Source: Candidatus Multivoradales bacterium (GTDB lineage: Bacteria > Acidobacteriota > Thermoanaerobaculia > Multivoradales > J023). From it: DNA of 64,000 nt. Every line of letters starts with the position of its first letter. The stretch's first letter is position 1. Below the pieces are notes generated by a model. That model had not been told where the DNA came from. It ran no database searches and saw only the letters and a program-made list of their open reading frames with translations. A program made the position numbers and the translations under genes. Positions 19,862 through 30,105 of this stretch are shown here, piece after piece. Location of the stretch: NCBI GenBank assembly GCA_965248925.1, contig CBDFLE010000006.1, positions 4,768,001-4,832,000 on the forward strand, in the 5' to 3' direction.

Positions 19862-20853
19862 CCCCACCCTCCAAGACCGCATCTTCCAAGACCGCATCTT
19901 CCAAGACCGCGGTACCTGGGCGCACGTGGCGGCGCAAAGACTTGCTCGGCATCGATGAATTGGCGCCCTGGGAGATCGAGCTGGTGCTCGACACCGCTGA
20001 ATCCTTTCGCGATGTCTCGGTAAGGCCGATCAAGAAAGTGCCGACGCTGCGCGGCAAGACAGTGATCAATCTGTTCTTCGAAGCGTCCACCCGCACCCGA
20101 TCGAGCTTCGAGATTGCCGAGAAGCGGTTGTCGGCCGATTCGCTGAATTTCTCTTCCCAGTCCTCGGCCCTGACCAAGGGGGAGAGTCTGCTCGACACCG
20201 CTCGCAACCTGGAAGCGATGGCGCCTGATCTGGTGGTTATTCGCCATCAGCATCCCGGGGTGCCGCAGATGCTCGCCGCACGGCTCGACTCGGGGGTGAT
20301 CAACGCCGGCGACGGGGCCCACGAGCATCCCACCCAGGCGTTGCTCGATGCTTTTACCATCCGCCAGCACAAAGGCTCGCTAGAGGGCTTGCGGGTGATG
20401 ATCGTCGGCGATATTGAACACAGCCGGGTTGTAAGGTCGAATATCCACCTGCTGCGCAAGCTGGGCGCGCGGGTGAGCCTTGCCGGGCCCCGGCTGACCA
20501 TGCCGGTGGAGGTCGAAAGTCTAGGGGTTGAGGTATTCTGGGATCTTGATCAGGCGCTCGCTGGCCAGGACGTGGTGATGATGTTGCGAGTGCAGATGGA
20601 GCGGCACGAGAAAGCCGTGTTTCCGTCGGTCCGTGAGTACCACAAGCTGTTCGGCCTGACCTCCGCTCGCTTGGCGGCGGCGGCTGACGATGTTCTGCTG
20701 ATGCATCCTGGGCCGATGAATCGTGGAGTGGAGATCGCCAGCGAGGTGGCCGACGGGCCCCGCTCGGTGATTCTCGAGCAAGTGACCAACGGGGTCGCGG
20801 TGCGCATGGCGGTGCTCTACCTGCTGGCGGGTGTCGGCAAGGAGGCGGCATGA
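19858..20853 (+). CDS. pyrB: Aspartate carbamoyltransferase catalytic subunit
   Basis: [31 protein letters not shown]. Confidence 0.97.
   Translation: MTPPSKTASSKTASSKTAVPGRTWRRKDLLGIDELAPWEIELVLDTAESFRDVSVRPIKKVPTLRGKTVINLFFEASTRTRSSFEIAEKRLSADSLNFSSQSSALTKGESLLDTARNLEAMAPDLVVIRHQHPGVPQMLAARLDSGVINAGDGAHEHPTQALLDAFTIRQHKGSLEGLRVMIVGDIEHSRVVRSNIHLLRKLGARVSLAGPRLTMPVEVESLGVEVFWDLDQALAGQDVVMMLRVQMERHEKAVFPSVREYHKLFGLTSARLAAAADDVLLMHPGPMNRGVEIASEVADGPRSVILEQVTNGVAVRMAVLYLLAGVGKEAA
19870..19910 (+). repeat. 15-bp tandem repeat TCCAAGACCGCATCT (about 2.7 copies) in the pyrB 5' end
   Basis: Seen directly; encodes [14 protein letters not shown]. Confidence 0.9.
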
Positions 20854-22139
20854 GCAGGCTAGTGCTCAAAGGGGGGCGGCTGGTGGATCCGTCGCAGGGG
20901 CTGGATGGCGCTTTCGACCTGCTGATCGAGGACGGTCGGGTGGCCGAGGTGGCAGTCGGGCTCGAGGTGGATGGCGCTGAGGTCCGCCGGGTCGAGGGCT
21001 TGGTGGTAGCGCCTGGCTTTGTCGATACCGGCGTGCGACTCGGCGAGCCGGGGCACGAGTATCGCGAGACGTTGGGGGCAACCCTGCGGGCGGCAGCGGC
21101 GGGGGGATTCACCGCGATAGCCGGGCTGGCGTCGACCGCGCCGGTGGGCGATCAACGAGCGACCACCGAACTGCTGCTCAGCGAGGCCGCGCGCCATCCC
21201 TGGGCTCGGCTGTGGCCGGTGGGGGCGGTGACCCGCGGCATGGCCGGCGAGGAGTTGGCCGAGATTGGCGAGATGCGCGAGGCTGGAGCAGTGGCTTTTG
21301 GCGACGATGCGTGGCCGATCGACGACCCCGCGGTGCTGCGCCGCGCCTTGCTTTATGCTCGCCATTTCGATGCCCTGTTGGTCGAGCGGCCGCAGGATCG
21401 ACGCTTGGCCGGCGAGGGGGTGATGCACGAAGGACGTTGGTCGACCCGCCTCGGTCTGCCTGGCATTCCGCCCTTGGCGGAGGAGGTGGCGGTGGCTCGC
21501 GACCTGCTGCTGGCTGAAGAAACCGGCGGCAGGCTGCATCTGGCGCCGATCTCCACCGGTCGGGTCGTAGAGCGTCTGCGCCAGGCCAAAGCGGCGGGTC
21601 TGGCGGTGAGCTGCGCGGTGAGCGTGCATCACCTGCTACTGAGTGATCACCACCTGGCCGACAGCGGCTTCTCGCCATTCTTCAAAGTCTTGCCGCCTCT
21701 CCGCCCGGCAGCCGATGTCGAGGCGCTGCAAGCCGGCCTCGCCGACGGTACGGTGGACGCCCTCCGCAGCGATCACACCCCCTACCATGGGGACGAGGTC
21801 GAGGTGCAATTCAGCGCGGCGCCGTTTGGTATCGTTGGCCTGGAGACCGCCGTCAGCCTGTGTCTCGATCGGTTGGTCGCCGCCGGGGTGATCGGCCTGA
21901 GCCGGCTGATTGAATTGTTCTCTACCGCTCCGGCGCGGCTTTACGGACTGGATGCTGGCAGCTTGGCGGTCGGCAGTCTGGCGGATGTCACTCTGCTCGA
22001 TTTGGCGCGTTCAGTGACCGTCGAGCCGGAGAAGTTCTACGGCACGGCGCGCAATACTCCCTTCGCCGGCTGGCAGCTGCGCGGTGCCCCGGTTGGTACT
22101 TTGCTGGCGGGCCGGCCGATCGACTTGGCCGGACCTTGA
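20850..22139 (+). CDS. pyrC: Dihydroorotase family protein, probably non-catalytic PyrC'
   Basis: Full DHOase fold downstream of pyrB, but the HxH metal motif reads '[10 protein letters not shown]'. Confidence 0.85.
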   Translation: MSRLVLKGGRLVDPSQGLDGAFDLLIEDGRVAEVAVGLEVDGAEVRRVEGLVVAPGFVDTGVRLGEPGHEYRETLGATLRAAAAGGFTAIAGLASTAPVGDQRATTELLLSEAARHPWARLWPVGAVTRGMAGEELAEIGEMREAGAVAFGDDAWPIDDPAVLRRALLYARHFDALLVERPQDRRLAGEGVMHEGRWSTRLGLPGIPPLAEEVAVARDLLLAEETGGRLHLAPISTGRVVERLRQAKAAGLAVSCAVSVHHLLLSDHHLADSGFSPFFKVLPPLRPAADVEALQAGLADGTVDALRSDHTPYHGDEVEVQFSAAPFGIVGLETAVSLCLDRLVAAGVIGLSRLIELFSTAPARLYGLDAGSLAVGSLADVTLLDLARSVTVEPEKFYGTARNTPFAGWQLRGAPVGTLLAGRPIDLAGP

Positions 22140-22191
22140 GCGGCGGCCGGTGAGCAGAGACTTCTCTCATATTTTTCAAGGGGTTAGTGCG

Positions 22192-23058
22192 ATGTATGAA
22201 GAGCTACTCCAGACTGCGGTACGGGCTTCGCGGGGGGCTGCCGGCAAGCTGCTCGAGTACTTCGGCACCGCCGATCTCGACGTCCGGGCCAAGGGTGATT
22301 ACGATTTCGTCAGTCGGGCCGATCACGAGAGTGAGGCCTACATCTTGGGCGAAATCCGCCGCGACTTCCCTGCCCACCGGATTTTGGCGGAGGAGAGTGG
22401 GAGTTCGGGCAGCAGCGGGTCAGCGGGCGACGGAGCGGATTTTCAATGGGTGATAGACCCTCTCGACGGCACTTCGAATTTTCTTCAGGGACTGCCCTAT
22501 TGGGCGATCTCGATCGGTTGTCGCCGGGGTTCTGAGATGGTGGCAGCGGTGATTCTCGATCCTTTCGACGACCGCCTGTTCAGCGCCACCCTCGGCGGTG
22601 GGGCGTTTCTTGACGGCCAGCGTTTGTCGATCTCTCAGCGGCCGGGGTTGGACGGTGCTTTCCTCGCCACCGGTTATCCATTCAAGGCACGGCGGGCTTT
22701 GGACACCTATCTTGATGTGTTTCGCGATGTCTTTCTGCGCTCACGAGCGATTCGCCGCTGCGGTGCTGCCGCCCTCGACCTGGCTTACACCGCCGCTGGG
22801 GTCTACGACGGTTTCTTCGAGTTTCGCCTGGCGCCGTGGGATCTGGCCGCCGGTTCGTTGCTGGTACACGAAGCCGGCGGCGTGGTGACCGACCTGGATG
22901 GCGGCGAGGACTACTTGGCGGGTGGCAATGTGATTGCCGGGCCAGACTCGCTGCATGCGGAGCTGCTGGCGCTGGTGCGGCGTCACGTCGATGAGGCGCG
23001 TCTCGACCAGATCGACCCGCGTCAGGCGCCTGTTATCACTGCTCCAACAGTGGGTTGA
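22192..23058 (+). CDS. suhB: Inositol monophosphatase family protein
   Basis: WVIDPLDGTSNF, RRCGAAALDLAY, PWDLAAG. Confidence 0.9.
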   Translation: MYEELLQTAVRASRGAAGKLLEYFGTADLDVRAKGDYDFVSRADHESEAYILGEIRRDFPAHRILAEESGSSGSSGSAGDGADFQWVIDPLDGTSNFLQGLPYWAISIGCRRGSEMVAAVILDPFDDRLFSATLGGGAFLDGQRLSISQRPGLDGAFLATGYPFKARRALDTYLDVFRDVFLRSRAIRRCGAAALDLAYTAAGVYDGFFEFRLAPWDLAAGSLLVHEAGGVVTDLDGGEDYLAGGNVIAGPDSLHAELLALVRRHVDEARLDQIDPRQAPVITAPTVG

Positions 23059-23211
23059 GGGAGGGCATCTCGGGCCACCGCCAAGGCCGGTCAATGAGAT
23101 GGATTGGAGTCTCGGGCCGAGTTGGTGGATAATAGGTGGCCCTGGATAGGTTGCTCGCTCATCGAGCCGGCCAGTGGGTGCCTCGTGACCGAGGTGGATG
23201 GGACCGGGAAG

Positions 23212-24342
23212 ATGCGCCAAAGAAATTTCCTCAGCCGAGCCTGCAAGCGCTTGATCGACCGACTCCGAGGCCACTTCGCCAGGCGTCCGTCGGCCGGCGA
23301 CCGGCCGTTGTTGGAGATCCAATACCATCCGCCGAGTATTCGCTACGGGGTTTGGTACTTCTTTCTCTCGCAGCGTCAGATAGTGCGTCTGTCGGTCGTT
23401 GCCGCCCTCTACGTCAGTTTCCTGCTGTTTAGTCTAGTGGTGACTCCGGCGGCGGTGCGCAGTCGCGTTTACCAGGGGCAATACCAGAGGCTGCTAGATC
23501 AGCGAGCCCGCTTTGGCGAGCGTCTGCATCCGCTGGTCGACCTCCTAGCGGAGCTAGAGAGAGAAACCGACGCGGCGCGGATTGAGATGGCCAAGATCTA
23601 TCTGGCCTACGGCTTCAGCTATGAGGAGTCCCGCGGCCTGGGGGGATATCCCTTCGTCCCCGAGCAGATCGAGGGCGATCCGAAATATAAGAAAGAGGTC
23701 GAGCAGGGCAATCGGCTACGGGCGCGAGCCAGCGAGCAGCTCGGCGTGCTCGGCACTTTCCTTGAGGAAGTCCAGAGCTTCGAGCAGGCGGATCAGCTGC
23801 GGGTGCGCACCACGCCATCGATCGCGCCGCTGCGGGGCAGAGATTTTGTCCTCACCAGCCCCTTTGGCAGCCGCCGGGATCCGTTCACCGAGGAGTTCAA
23901 CTTCCATGCCGGCATCGATATGGCGGCGCCCACCGGCTTGCCGATCTATGCCACCGCCGACGGCGTTGTGGCTTTTGCCGGTCGCTATCCGCTGAAGCGC
24001 TCGGTGGGTTGGTGGCGCTATGGCAAGATGGTGATGATCACTCACGGCGAGCACTTCGTCAGCATCTTTGGCCACTGCGACGAGATCCTCGACCTGCGGG
24101 CCGGTCAGCGGGTGGAGAAGGGACAACAAATCGCCACCGTTGGCAACACTGGCCACAGCACCAATCCTCATCTGCACTACGAGATCCGGCGCCGTGACGA
24201 ACAAGGCGATCTCGGGCCGGTCGACCCGCGGATCTACATCCTCGATCACCGTTGGACCGAGGAGGAGCTCCTGCTGGTGCTTTCTCGCCAAACCCCCGAC
24301 GCTTCTGAATACGAACCTTTGCCGCGGATAGCCCGGCGCTGA
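23212..24342 (+). CDS. M23 family metallopeptidase with N-terminal TM and coiled coil
   Basis: HAGID and PHLHYE zinc motifs; 'TSPFGSRRDPF'. Confidence 0.9.
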   Translation: MRQRNFLSRACKRLIDRLRGHFARRPSAGDRPLLEIQYHPPSIRYGVWYFFLSQRQIVRLSVVAALYVSFLLFSLVVTPAAVRSRVYQGQYQRLLDQRARFGERLHPLVDLLAELERETDAARIEMAKIYLAYGFSYEESRGLGGYPFVPEQIEGDPKYKKEVEQGNRLRARASEQLGVLGTFLEEVQSFEQADQLRVRTTPSIAPLRGRDFVLTSPFGSRRDPFTEEFNFHAGIDMAAPTGLPIYATADGVVAFAGRYPLKRSVGWWRYGKMVMITHGEHFVSIFGHCDEILDLRAGQRVEKGQQIATVGNTGHSTNPHLHYEIRRRDEQGDLGPVDPRIYILDHRWTEEELLLVLSRQTPDASEYEPLPRIARR

Positions 24343-24354
24343 GTCCGCCAGGCT

Positions 24355-25455
24355 CTACCAGCCAAAGCTGGCTTGGCGGGGCATCGGCTCGCCGTGGCGC
24401 TGCAAGTAGCGCAGCTCGCGGTAGCTGATCAGCTCGACGCCCGCGGCCTTGATCGCCGCTAAGGCGATGGATGAGCTGAAGAATTCGCTATCCGCCGCGC
24501 GCTGGCGCCAGTCGCAGGTCGTGGCTTTCATTTCGGCGCTGGGTAGGGCGGCGTGGATGAAGATCTCAGAGACGAAACCTGGCCTTAGCTGGCGCAAGCG
24601 TTGGCGCCAGAACTCAGCGGTTTGTTCGATGCGGGGCGGGCCTTTGACGTAGAGGAAGTCCGGATGAATCACCCCCAACTCGTCGGCCATCTCGATCAGG
24701 AATAGCGCCTTGCGCGGCCCCATCAAGTCGGGCCCAGCGATGCGGCAGGGCAGCGCATAGAGTTTGGCAATCCTGAGGTAGAGTTCGTGGTAGCTCGGCT
24801 CGAATTGCAACGTGCCCATGTGAGAATCCAGGTGGGTGACGTCGATTCCCGCCGCGAGCGCTCGGTCGAGCTGGGCTCGAAGTTCGACCTCGACCTCCGC
24901 CAAGGTTGCGTGGGCATAGACTTGTGCCGGATTGGGATACAGGAAACCGAGTTTATCCACCAGGCCCGGCACGGCTCCCGGACCACTGACTGGACCCCAT
25001 CGGTATCGCTGCCACTCGCTGGTGAGGGTCAAGTGGATTCCGAGATTGGCTCGCGGGCTCCTGCTGGCGAACTCGGCCACCCACGGGAACCAGGCGCAAG
25101 GAACCATGATCGTGGCGGAGGTCAGGCCGCCTGATCGCAAGGCCTCGGAAGTGGCCACCGAACTGGCGTGGTTCATTCCGAAGTCATCGCCGTTGATGAT
25201 CAAGACTTTGGCATCGGCAGCGAAGCCGAGTCGCTCGACGAGGGGCCTTTGGGGAGGCTGAGGCGGCTTTGCGGCGCCGGTTACGGGCCGGCCAACCGAG
25301 CCGCTGCTCCCGGCGCTGGTCTGAACTCCGCGATCGTCGAATGGTAGACCGAAGTAGGTCGCCAATGATCCGCGTGAAATCCAGCCGAGGGCCAAGAAGA
25401 AAATCACCAGGAGCGTTGATCGTCGTAGCATCAGATGACTCCGCCTGCTGAGCAA
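24355..25455 (-). CDS. YdjC/ChbG-like carbohydrate deacetylase with signal or anchor peptide
   Basis: INGDDFG, GIHLTLTSEW, THLDSHMG. Confidence 0.85.
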   Translation of the reverse strand: MLSRRSHLMLRRSTLLVIFFLALGWISRGSLATYFGLPFDDRGVQTSAGSSGSVGRPVTGAAKPPQPPQRPLVERLGFAADAKVLIINGDDFGMNHASSVATSEALRSGGLTSATIMVPCAWFPWVAEFASRSPRANLGIHLTLTSEWQRYRWGPVSGPGAVPGLVDKLGFLYPNPAQVYAHATLAEVEVELRAQLDRALAAGIDVTHLDSHMGTLQFEPSYHELYLRIAKLYALPCRIAGPDLMGPRKALFLIEMADELGVIHPDFLYVKGPPRIEQTAEFWRQRLRQLRPGFVSEIFIHAALPSAEMKATTCDWRQRAADSEFFSSSIALAAIKAAGVELISYRELRYLQRHGEPMPRQASFGW

Positions 25456-25651
25456 GTTGATAGGTGCTGGTCGCGCTCGCGACAGATGAATTACCTGGCT
25501 CTCTCTTGTATACTATGTTTTGACGGCATGTGTTTCAACCGACTGCCGGCAGGAGTTGGTGTCCCGTTGGCGTCGCCCAACTGAGAATCGGATATGCTCT
25601 GTGCCTTGCTGCGGCACAATTCGAGATCACAGTAGGTTGACGGAGAACTTC

Positions 25652-26533
25652 ATGAGCAAAGTCGACAGCTCGCCGACGATGATCATTCCCCAAGGCACCG
25701 AGATCCAGATCGACGTTCACGGCCAGCTCTCGGTGCGGACTCCGGGCAATTTGGTGATCCAGAATTCGGGGCACTATGGTGAGATCGAGTCGGTGGGCGG
25801 CTCGATTCGGGTCGAGGCCAACGCTGAGGTCGAGGCGGTCAGCGTGCGCTGTGCCGAGACCTGCTACATCCAGGGCAGCCTGACTTCGTGGAAGGTCAAG
25901 GCGAAGGCGATCCATCTTGAGGAGAGCGCCCAAGCGCGGATCGTCTTGCAGGAGACCGAGTCGATCGAAATCGGCAAGAACGCCAAGCTGGTGGGCAATT
26001 TCTCGTCGGAGAAGGAGCTTTTCCTGCTCTTCTCGCGTTTTGCCCAGCAGCTGCGCTCGCTGCCCTTCTATTTCGATCGCAAACAGGAGTCACAGCTCGA
26101 ACCGCGGCGCGCCGAGGAGCGGACGGTTGCCGCGACCCCGGTTGCTGTGACCCCAGTTGCCGCGACCTCTTTAGCTGTGGGCGCGGCCGAAGTAGCCCGG
26201 CAAGCGGCCGTGCTGCAGGCCGCGGCGCCGGGGAAAGTGGCCGTCGAGGAGCTGTCTTCAAAAGTGCTGGAAGCAGGTAGGGAGCTGCCCGACCAGCTTT
26301 TTTTCGCCCTGGTGCTGCTCGAGCGAGAATCTCAGAACGAGGCCTACGGCACCACCTCCGTGCGGGTGTTAGTAGAGTTGGTCAAACTGCTCAAAGCGAG
26401 AGATTTCGAGACCCTGCTACATACTTTCACCACCTTATTTACGCGCGTGGTGGAGCCAGGCGATGATGTGCGCCGTGCCGAAGAGTTGATCGCTGGCCAT
26501 TTCGAGGCCACCGCCAAGGCCACCCCCGGTTGA
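25652..26533 (+). CDS. Hypothetical protein with a bactofilin-like beta-helical N-terminus
   Basis: 'IIPQGTEI...GNLVI...IEIGKNAKLVGNF' pattern; GGAG RBS before ATG 25652. Confidence 0.5.
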   Translation: MSKVDSSPTMIIPQGTEIQIDVHGQLSVRTPGNLVIQNSGHYGEIESVGGSIRVEANAEVEAVSVRCAETCYIQGSLTSWKVKAKAIHLEESAQARIVLQETESIEIGKNAKLVGNFSSEKELFLLFSRFAQQLRSLPFYFDRKQESQLEPRRAEERTVAATPVAVTPVAATSLAVGAAEVARQAAVLQAAAPGKVAVEELSSKVLEAGRELPDQLFFALVLLERESQNEAYGTTSVRVLVELVKLLKARDFETLLHTFTTLFTRVVEPGDDVRRAEELIAGHFEATAKATPG

Positions 26534-26681
26534 GCGACGGCGGTTCGCGGTGAGACGTCTTGGTCGGTGGCGAGATATCGGCCATAATGTCCAGCGCCGG
26601 TTCACCGCAGTGTCGTAGCGAGTACCGAAACCCCATCGGATCCAGCGCCCATTCCCCAACATCCTTGACGAGAGGCTGGTT

Positions 26682-28073
26682 GTGAGTCGCAAGAGAAGAC
26701 CTGGCAAGGGCGCCAGCGGCCCAGCTCGCAAGCCCTCTCGCCCGCGCCGGCCAAAGGATCGAACCCGCCGCTCGACCGTTGGGCATTGGCTCGATAGCCT
26801 GGCGCCGCTGGGTGCCGGCGCGCTGCTCATGGTGCCACCGCTAGTGTTTTCACCGCAGGCTTACGACGCTTTTCGCTTGCCCAAGATGCTGCTCGGCGAG
26901 GGTCTGGCGGTGGTGGCCCTATTGCTGCTGCTGCCTCGCTTGCGCCATGTCGACAAGATTGACTGGCGAGCGCTGGCCCGCCATCCCGCGCTGTGGGCAG
27001 CGTTGCCCCTAGCGGCGGTCTCCGCCTTCGGTCTGTTGGCTAGCTCCTATCCACACCACCTCTACCGGGCGCTACCTCCCTGGCTGCTTGGATTGGCTTG
27101 CGCGGTCGGTTGGAGTCTCGGCCTGCAACCCCGAGAGCAACGCTGGTTGTGGCGCGCCACCATTGTGCCGGGAATGGTCTTGGCGCTACTGGGTATTTTG
27201 CAATTCCACGGTTGGTATCAGCCGCTGGAGTTTAGCCAGCAGATTGGCGAGCGCTTGCAAGTCACTTCGTTGGCCGGCGGCGCTTTTGACTTGGCGGCTT
27301 TTCTACTGCTGCCTTGCCTGGCCGCGCAGGCGGCGGCTTGGAGTGCCTCGGGTTGGCGCCGCTGGGCCTGGTGGCTGGCTCTGGCGATCTGCCTCTATGG
27401 CATCGCGGCGAGCCAGACCCTGTCGGTGCTGCTGGTGCTAGGGGTGGCCACCGGGGTGCTGTGGTGGCAGTTGCTGCCCCGGCGCAGGGTGGTGCAGGGG
27501 TTGGCAGCCCTGGCCGGGCTCGGCTTGCTGCTGACCTTGGCGGTGACGCCGTTGCGCCAACGAGTGGTACGCAAGGCCGCTGAATTGTCCTCGGGCGAGA
27601 TCAACCGCGTGCTGAGTGGCCGGTTTGACGGTTGGCGCGCCGCTTGGTGGATGTTCACGGAGCAGCCGCTGAGCGGTGTAGGCCATGGTGCATTCCGTGC
27701 TGAGTACGGCAGCGCGCGATTGCAGCTTAGCGCCCGCGGAGTGCAATTCTCCCGCTTTCAGCATCAGGTTTTTTTTACCCATGCTCACAATGAGTACCTG
27801 CAAGCCTTGGCGGAATGGGGGGGGCTGGGGTTACTCGCCATGCTGTGGGCGGGGGGAATGATCTGCCGCAGTTTGGCCGCCAAGCTGCGGCATTTACCGA
27901 GGAGCGGACCGCAGGGGCGTCTACAGGCTGCTGAGCTGCTTTCGATGGTGGTCGCCGTGGCCCTGCTGGCGGCGGTTAACTTTCCTCTCCACCTGGCTAT
28001 TTGCGGCTTTCCGATCGCTCTGCTGTTCGCTGCCGTGCTGCGCCCGACCGGCGCTGTCGGGGAGCCGGCGTGA
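26682..28073 (+). CDS. O-antigen ligase family membrane protein
   Basis: Many TMs; 'PLSGVGHGAF', 'HAHNEYLQALAEWG'. Confidence 0.85.
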   Translation: MSRKRRPGKGASGPARKPSRPRRPKDRTRRSTVGHWLDSLAPLGAGALLMVPPLVFSPQAYDAFRLPKMLLGEGLAVVALLLLLPRLRHVDKIDWRALARHPALWAALPLAAVSAFGLLASSYPHHLYRALPPWLLGLACAVGWSLGLQPREQRWLWRATIVPGMVLALLGILQFHGWYQPLEFSQQIGERLQVTSLAGGAFDLAAFLLLPCLAAQAAAWSASGWRRWAWWLALAICLYGIAASQTLSVLLVLGVATGVLWWQLLPRRRVVQGLAALAGLGLLLTLAVTPLRQRVVRKAAELSSGEINRVLSGRFDGWRAAWWMFTEQPLSGVGHGAFRAEYGSARLQLSARGVQFSRFQHQVFFTHAHNEYLQALAEWGGLGLLAMLWAGGMICRSLAAKLRHLPRSGPQGRLQAAELLSMVVAVALLAAVNFPLHLAICGFPIALLFAAVLRPTGAVGEPA

Positions 28074-28756
28074 AGGGGTGGCAGCTAGCTGTGGTGCTCA
28101 CCGCGGCGCTCGGCGCGCTGCTAGTGTGGCAACTCGGGAGAGCCCATCGACGCTGGCAGGCGAGCCGTATCTTGCGCACCGTCGAGGCGGTGACTCAGCG
28201 GGTCCAAGAAGCTGGTTCGACGGTGCCGCCGCGGGTGCGACAGCAGCTGTTGCAGCGCAACTTGGAGATTCTCAAACAGGCTGCTGAGCAGGCTCCTGAT
28301 GAGGTTACCAACCTGGTGCTGCGCGGTGGGCAATACTCCCTACTCGGTCGTCAGGAGCTAGCCCTGCGCAGCTATCGGCAGGCCCTGGCCCTCGAGCCTC
28401 GGGCCGAGATCTATCTCAACTTGGGGCATCTGCACTGGGCTCGGGAGGAGCGCGAAGAAGCTCGCCGAGCGTTCACTTTCGCGGGTTTTCTGGATCACTC
28501 TCAGGTGCCCTCTTTGCGCAAATTTTTTGCCGCTGGGGAGCGTCCCTGGGGTCATCCTCAGACCACCCTGGCGCCCCTGCTCGAGCCGTCGGGGCAGCTA
28601 TCGGCCAACGGCTCGGTCAGTGGTGGTGGAGTCGCTGGCGGTGGCGCTGGCGAGATCGGTGGCAAGAATGGCGAGTCGACCCCGAAGCGGTCGGGAAATA
28701 CGCGGGGACCCCGCTTGAACCGCCCAGCCAAGCGCGGGCAAGGAGGCATTGGATGA
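28070..28756 (+). CDS. TPR-containing membrane-anchored protein
   Basis: TPR-like 'ALRSYRQALALEPRAEIYLNLG'; GTGA overlap with the ligase gene. Confidence 0.7.
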   Translation: MKGWQLAVVLTAALGALLVWQLGRAHRRWQASRILRTVEAVTQRVQEAGSTVPPRVRQQLLQRNLEILKQAAEQAPDEVTNLVLRGGQYSLLGRQELALRSYRQALALEPRAEIYLNLGHLHWAREEREEARRAFTFAGFLDHSQVPSLRKFFAAGERPWGHPQTTLAPLLEPSGQLSANGSVSGGGVAGGGAGEIGGKNGESTPKRSGNTRGPRLNRPAKRGQGGIG

Positions 28757-30105
28757 GCAGCGAGGAGCAACCGGACGGCGAGGCTGGGAAACGGGTGGCG
28801 GAGTGGCGGCAGCGTCTTGGCCAGCATCAGGTGCAGCTCGGAGTGATCGGCTTGGGGTACGTGGGCCTGCCGCTAGCGCTGTCCTTTGCCGAACGTGGTT
28901 TTCGGGTGATCGGCTTCGATGTCGATCAGCGCAAGGTCGCGGCCTTGGCCGCGGGGCGGTCGTACATCGAGCATCTCGATCGCGGCCGGGTCAGCCAGGC
29001 GGTGGATGCCGGTCGGCTGCAAGCGACTAGCGATTTCGACCGTCTGAGCGAGCCCGATGCCTTGCTGATCTGTGTGCCGACACCGCTCGGTGCTTGTCGG
29101 GAGCCTAATCTCGACTTTGTCCGCGCCACTGGCGAGCAAATCGCTCGCCGGCTGCGCTCTGGTCAGCTGGTGATTCTCGAGTCGACCACCTATCCGGGCA
29201 CCACCGAGGAGCTGTTGGTGCCCTTGTTAGAGACCTCCGGGTTGCGCTGTGGCGAGGATTTCCACGTCGCTTTCTCGCCCGAGCGTGAAGATCCAGGCAA
29301 TAAAGAGTTTGGCACGACAGCCATTCCCAAGGTAGTGGGCGGTGTCGACCCGCTGGCCGGTGATCTCGCCGAAGCGCTCTATCAGCAAGCATTCGAGAAG
29401 ACAGTGCGGGTTTCTAGCGCTCGAGCCGCCGAAGCCACCAAGCTGATGGAGAATATTTTTCGCGCGGTCAACATCGCCCTAGTCAACGAACTGAAGACGG
29501 TTTACGCGGCGATGGATGTCGATGTTTGGGAAGTGATCGATGCCGCCGCCACCAAGCCCTTTGGTTTTATGAAGTTCACTCCCGGTCCCGGTTGGGGCGG
29601 GCATTGCATTCCGGTGGATCCTTTCTATTTGTCGTGGAAAGCGCGCGAGCATGGGCTGGAAGCGCGCTTTATCGAGCTGGCTGGCGAGATCTGTCGCGAG
29701 ATGCCGCGGCGGGTGGTGGATCATCTGCAGCGGGCGCTCAATGACCGCGGCAAGCCGGTCAAGGGGAGCAAGGTGCTGGTGCTCGGCATCGCCTATAAAC
29801 CGGATATCGACGATCCTCGCGAGAGTCCATCTTTTGAGCTCATCGAGCAATTGTTGCACCTCGGTGCCGAGGTCAGCTACTACGACCCGCACATTCCACA
29901 GGCACCCCGCATGCGCACTTGGCCGGATCTACCACCAATGCGTTCGGTGAAACTCAGCGGCGATCTGTTGGCGGCGCAGGACGCGGTGCTGTTGGCGACC
30001 AACCACTCGCAGGTGGACTACGACCAGGTGCTCAACCGAGCCCAAATGGTGGTGGATACCCGCGGCGTCTACCGCCAGCCGTCGGCCAAGGTGGTCCGCG
30101 CTTGA
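28753..30105 (+). CDS. UDP-N-acetylhexosamine (nucleotide-sugar) dehydrogenase, WbpA-like
   Basis: GLGYVG, ESTTYPGTT, FSPEREDPG, GGHCIPVDP, DDPRESP. Confidence 0.92.
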   Translation: MSSEEQPDGEAGKRVAEWRQRLGQHQVQLGVIGLGYVGLPLALSFAERGFRVIGFDVDQRKVAALAAGRSYIEHLDRGRVSQAVDAGRLQATSDFDRLSEPDALLICVPTPLGACREPNLDFVRATGEQIARRLRSGQLVILESTTYPGTTEELLVPLLETSGLRCGEDFHVAFSPEREDPGNKEFGTTAIPKVVGGVDPLAGDLAEALYQQAFEKTVRVSSARAAEATKLMENIFRAVNIALVNELKTVYAAMDVDVWEVIDAAATKPFGFMKFTPGPGWGGHCIPVDPFYLSWKAREHGLEARFIELAGEICREMPRRVVDHLQRALNDRGKPVKGSKVLVLGIAYKPDIDDPRESPSFELIEQLLHLGAEVSYYDPHIPQAPRMRTWPDLPPMRSVKLSGDLLAAQDAVLLATNHSQVDYDQVLNRAQMVVDTRGVYRQPSAKVVRA

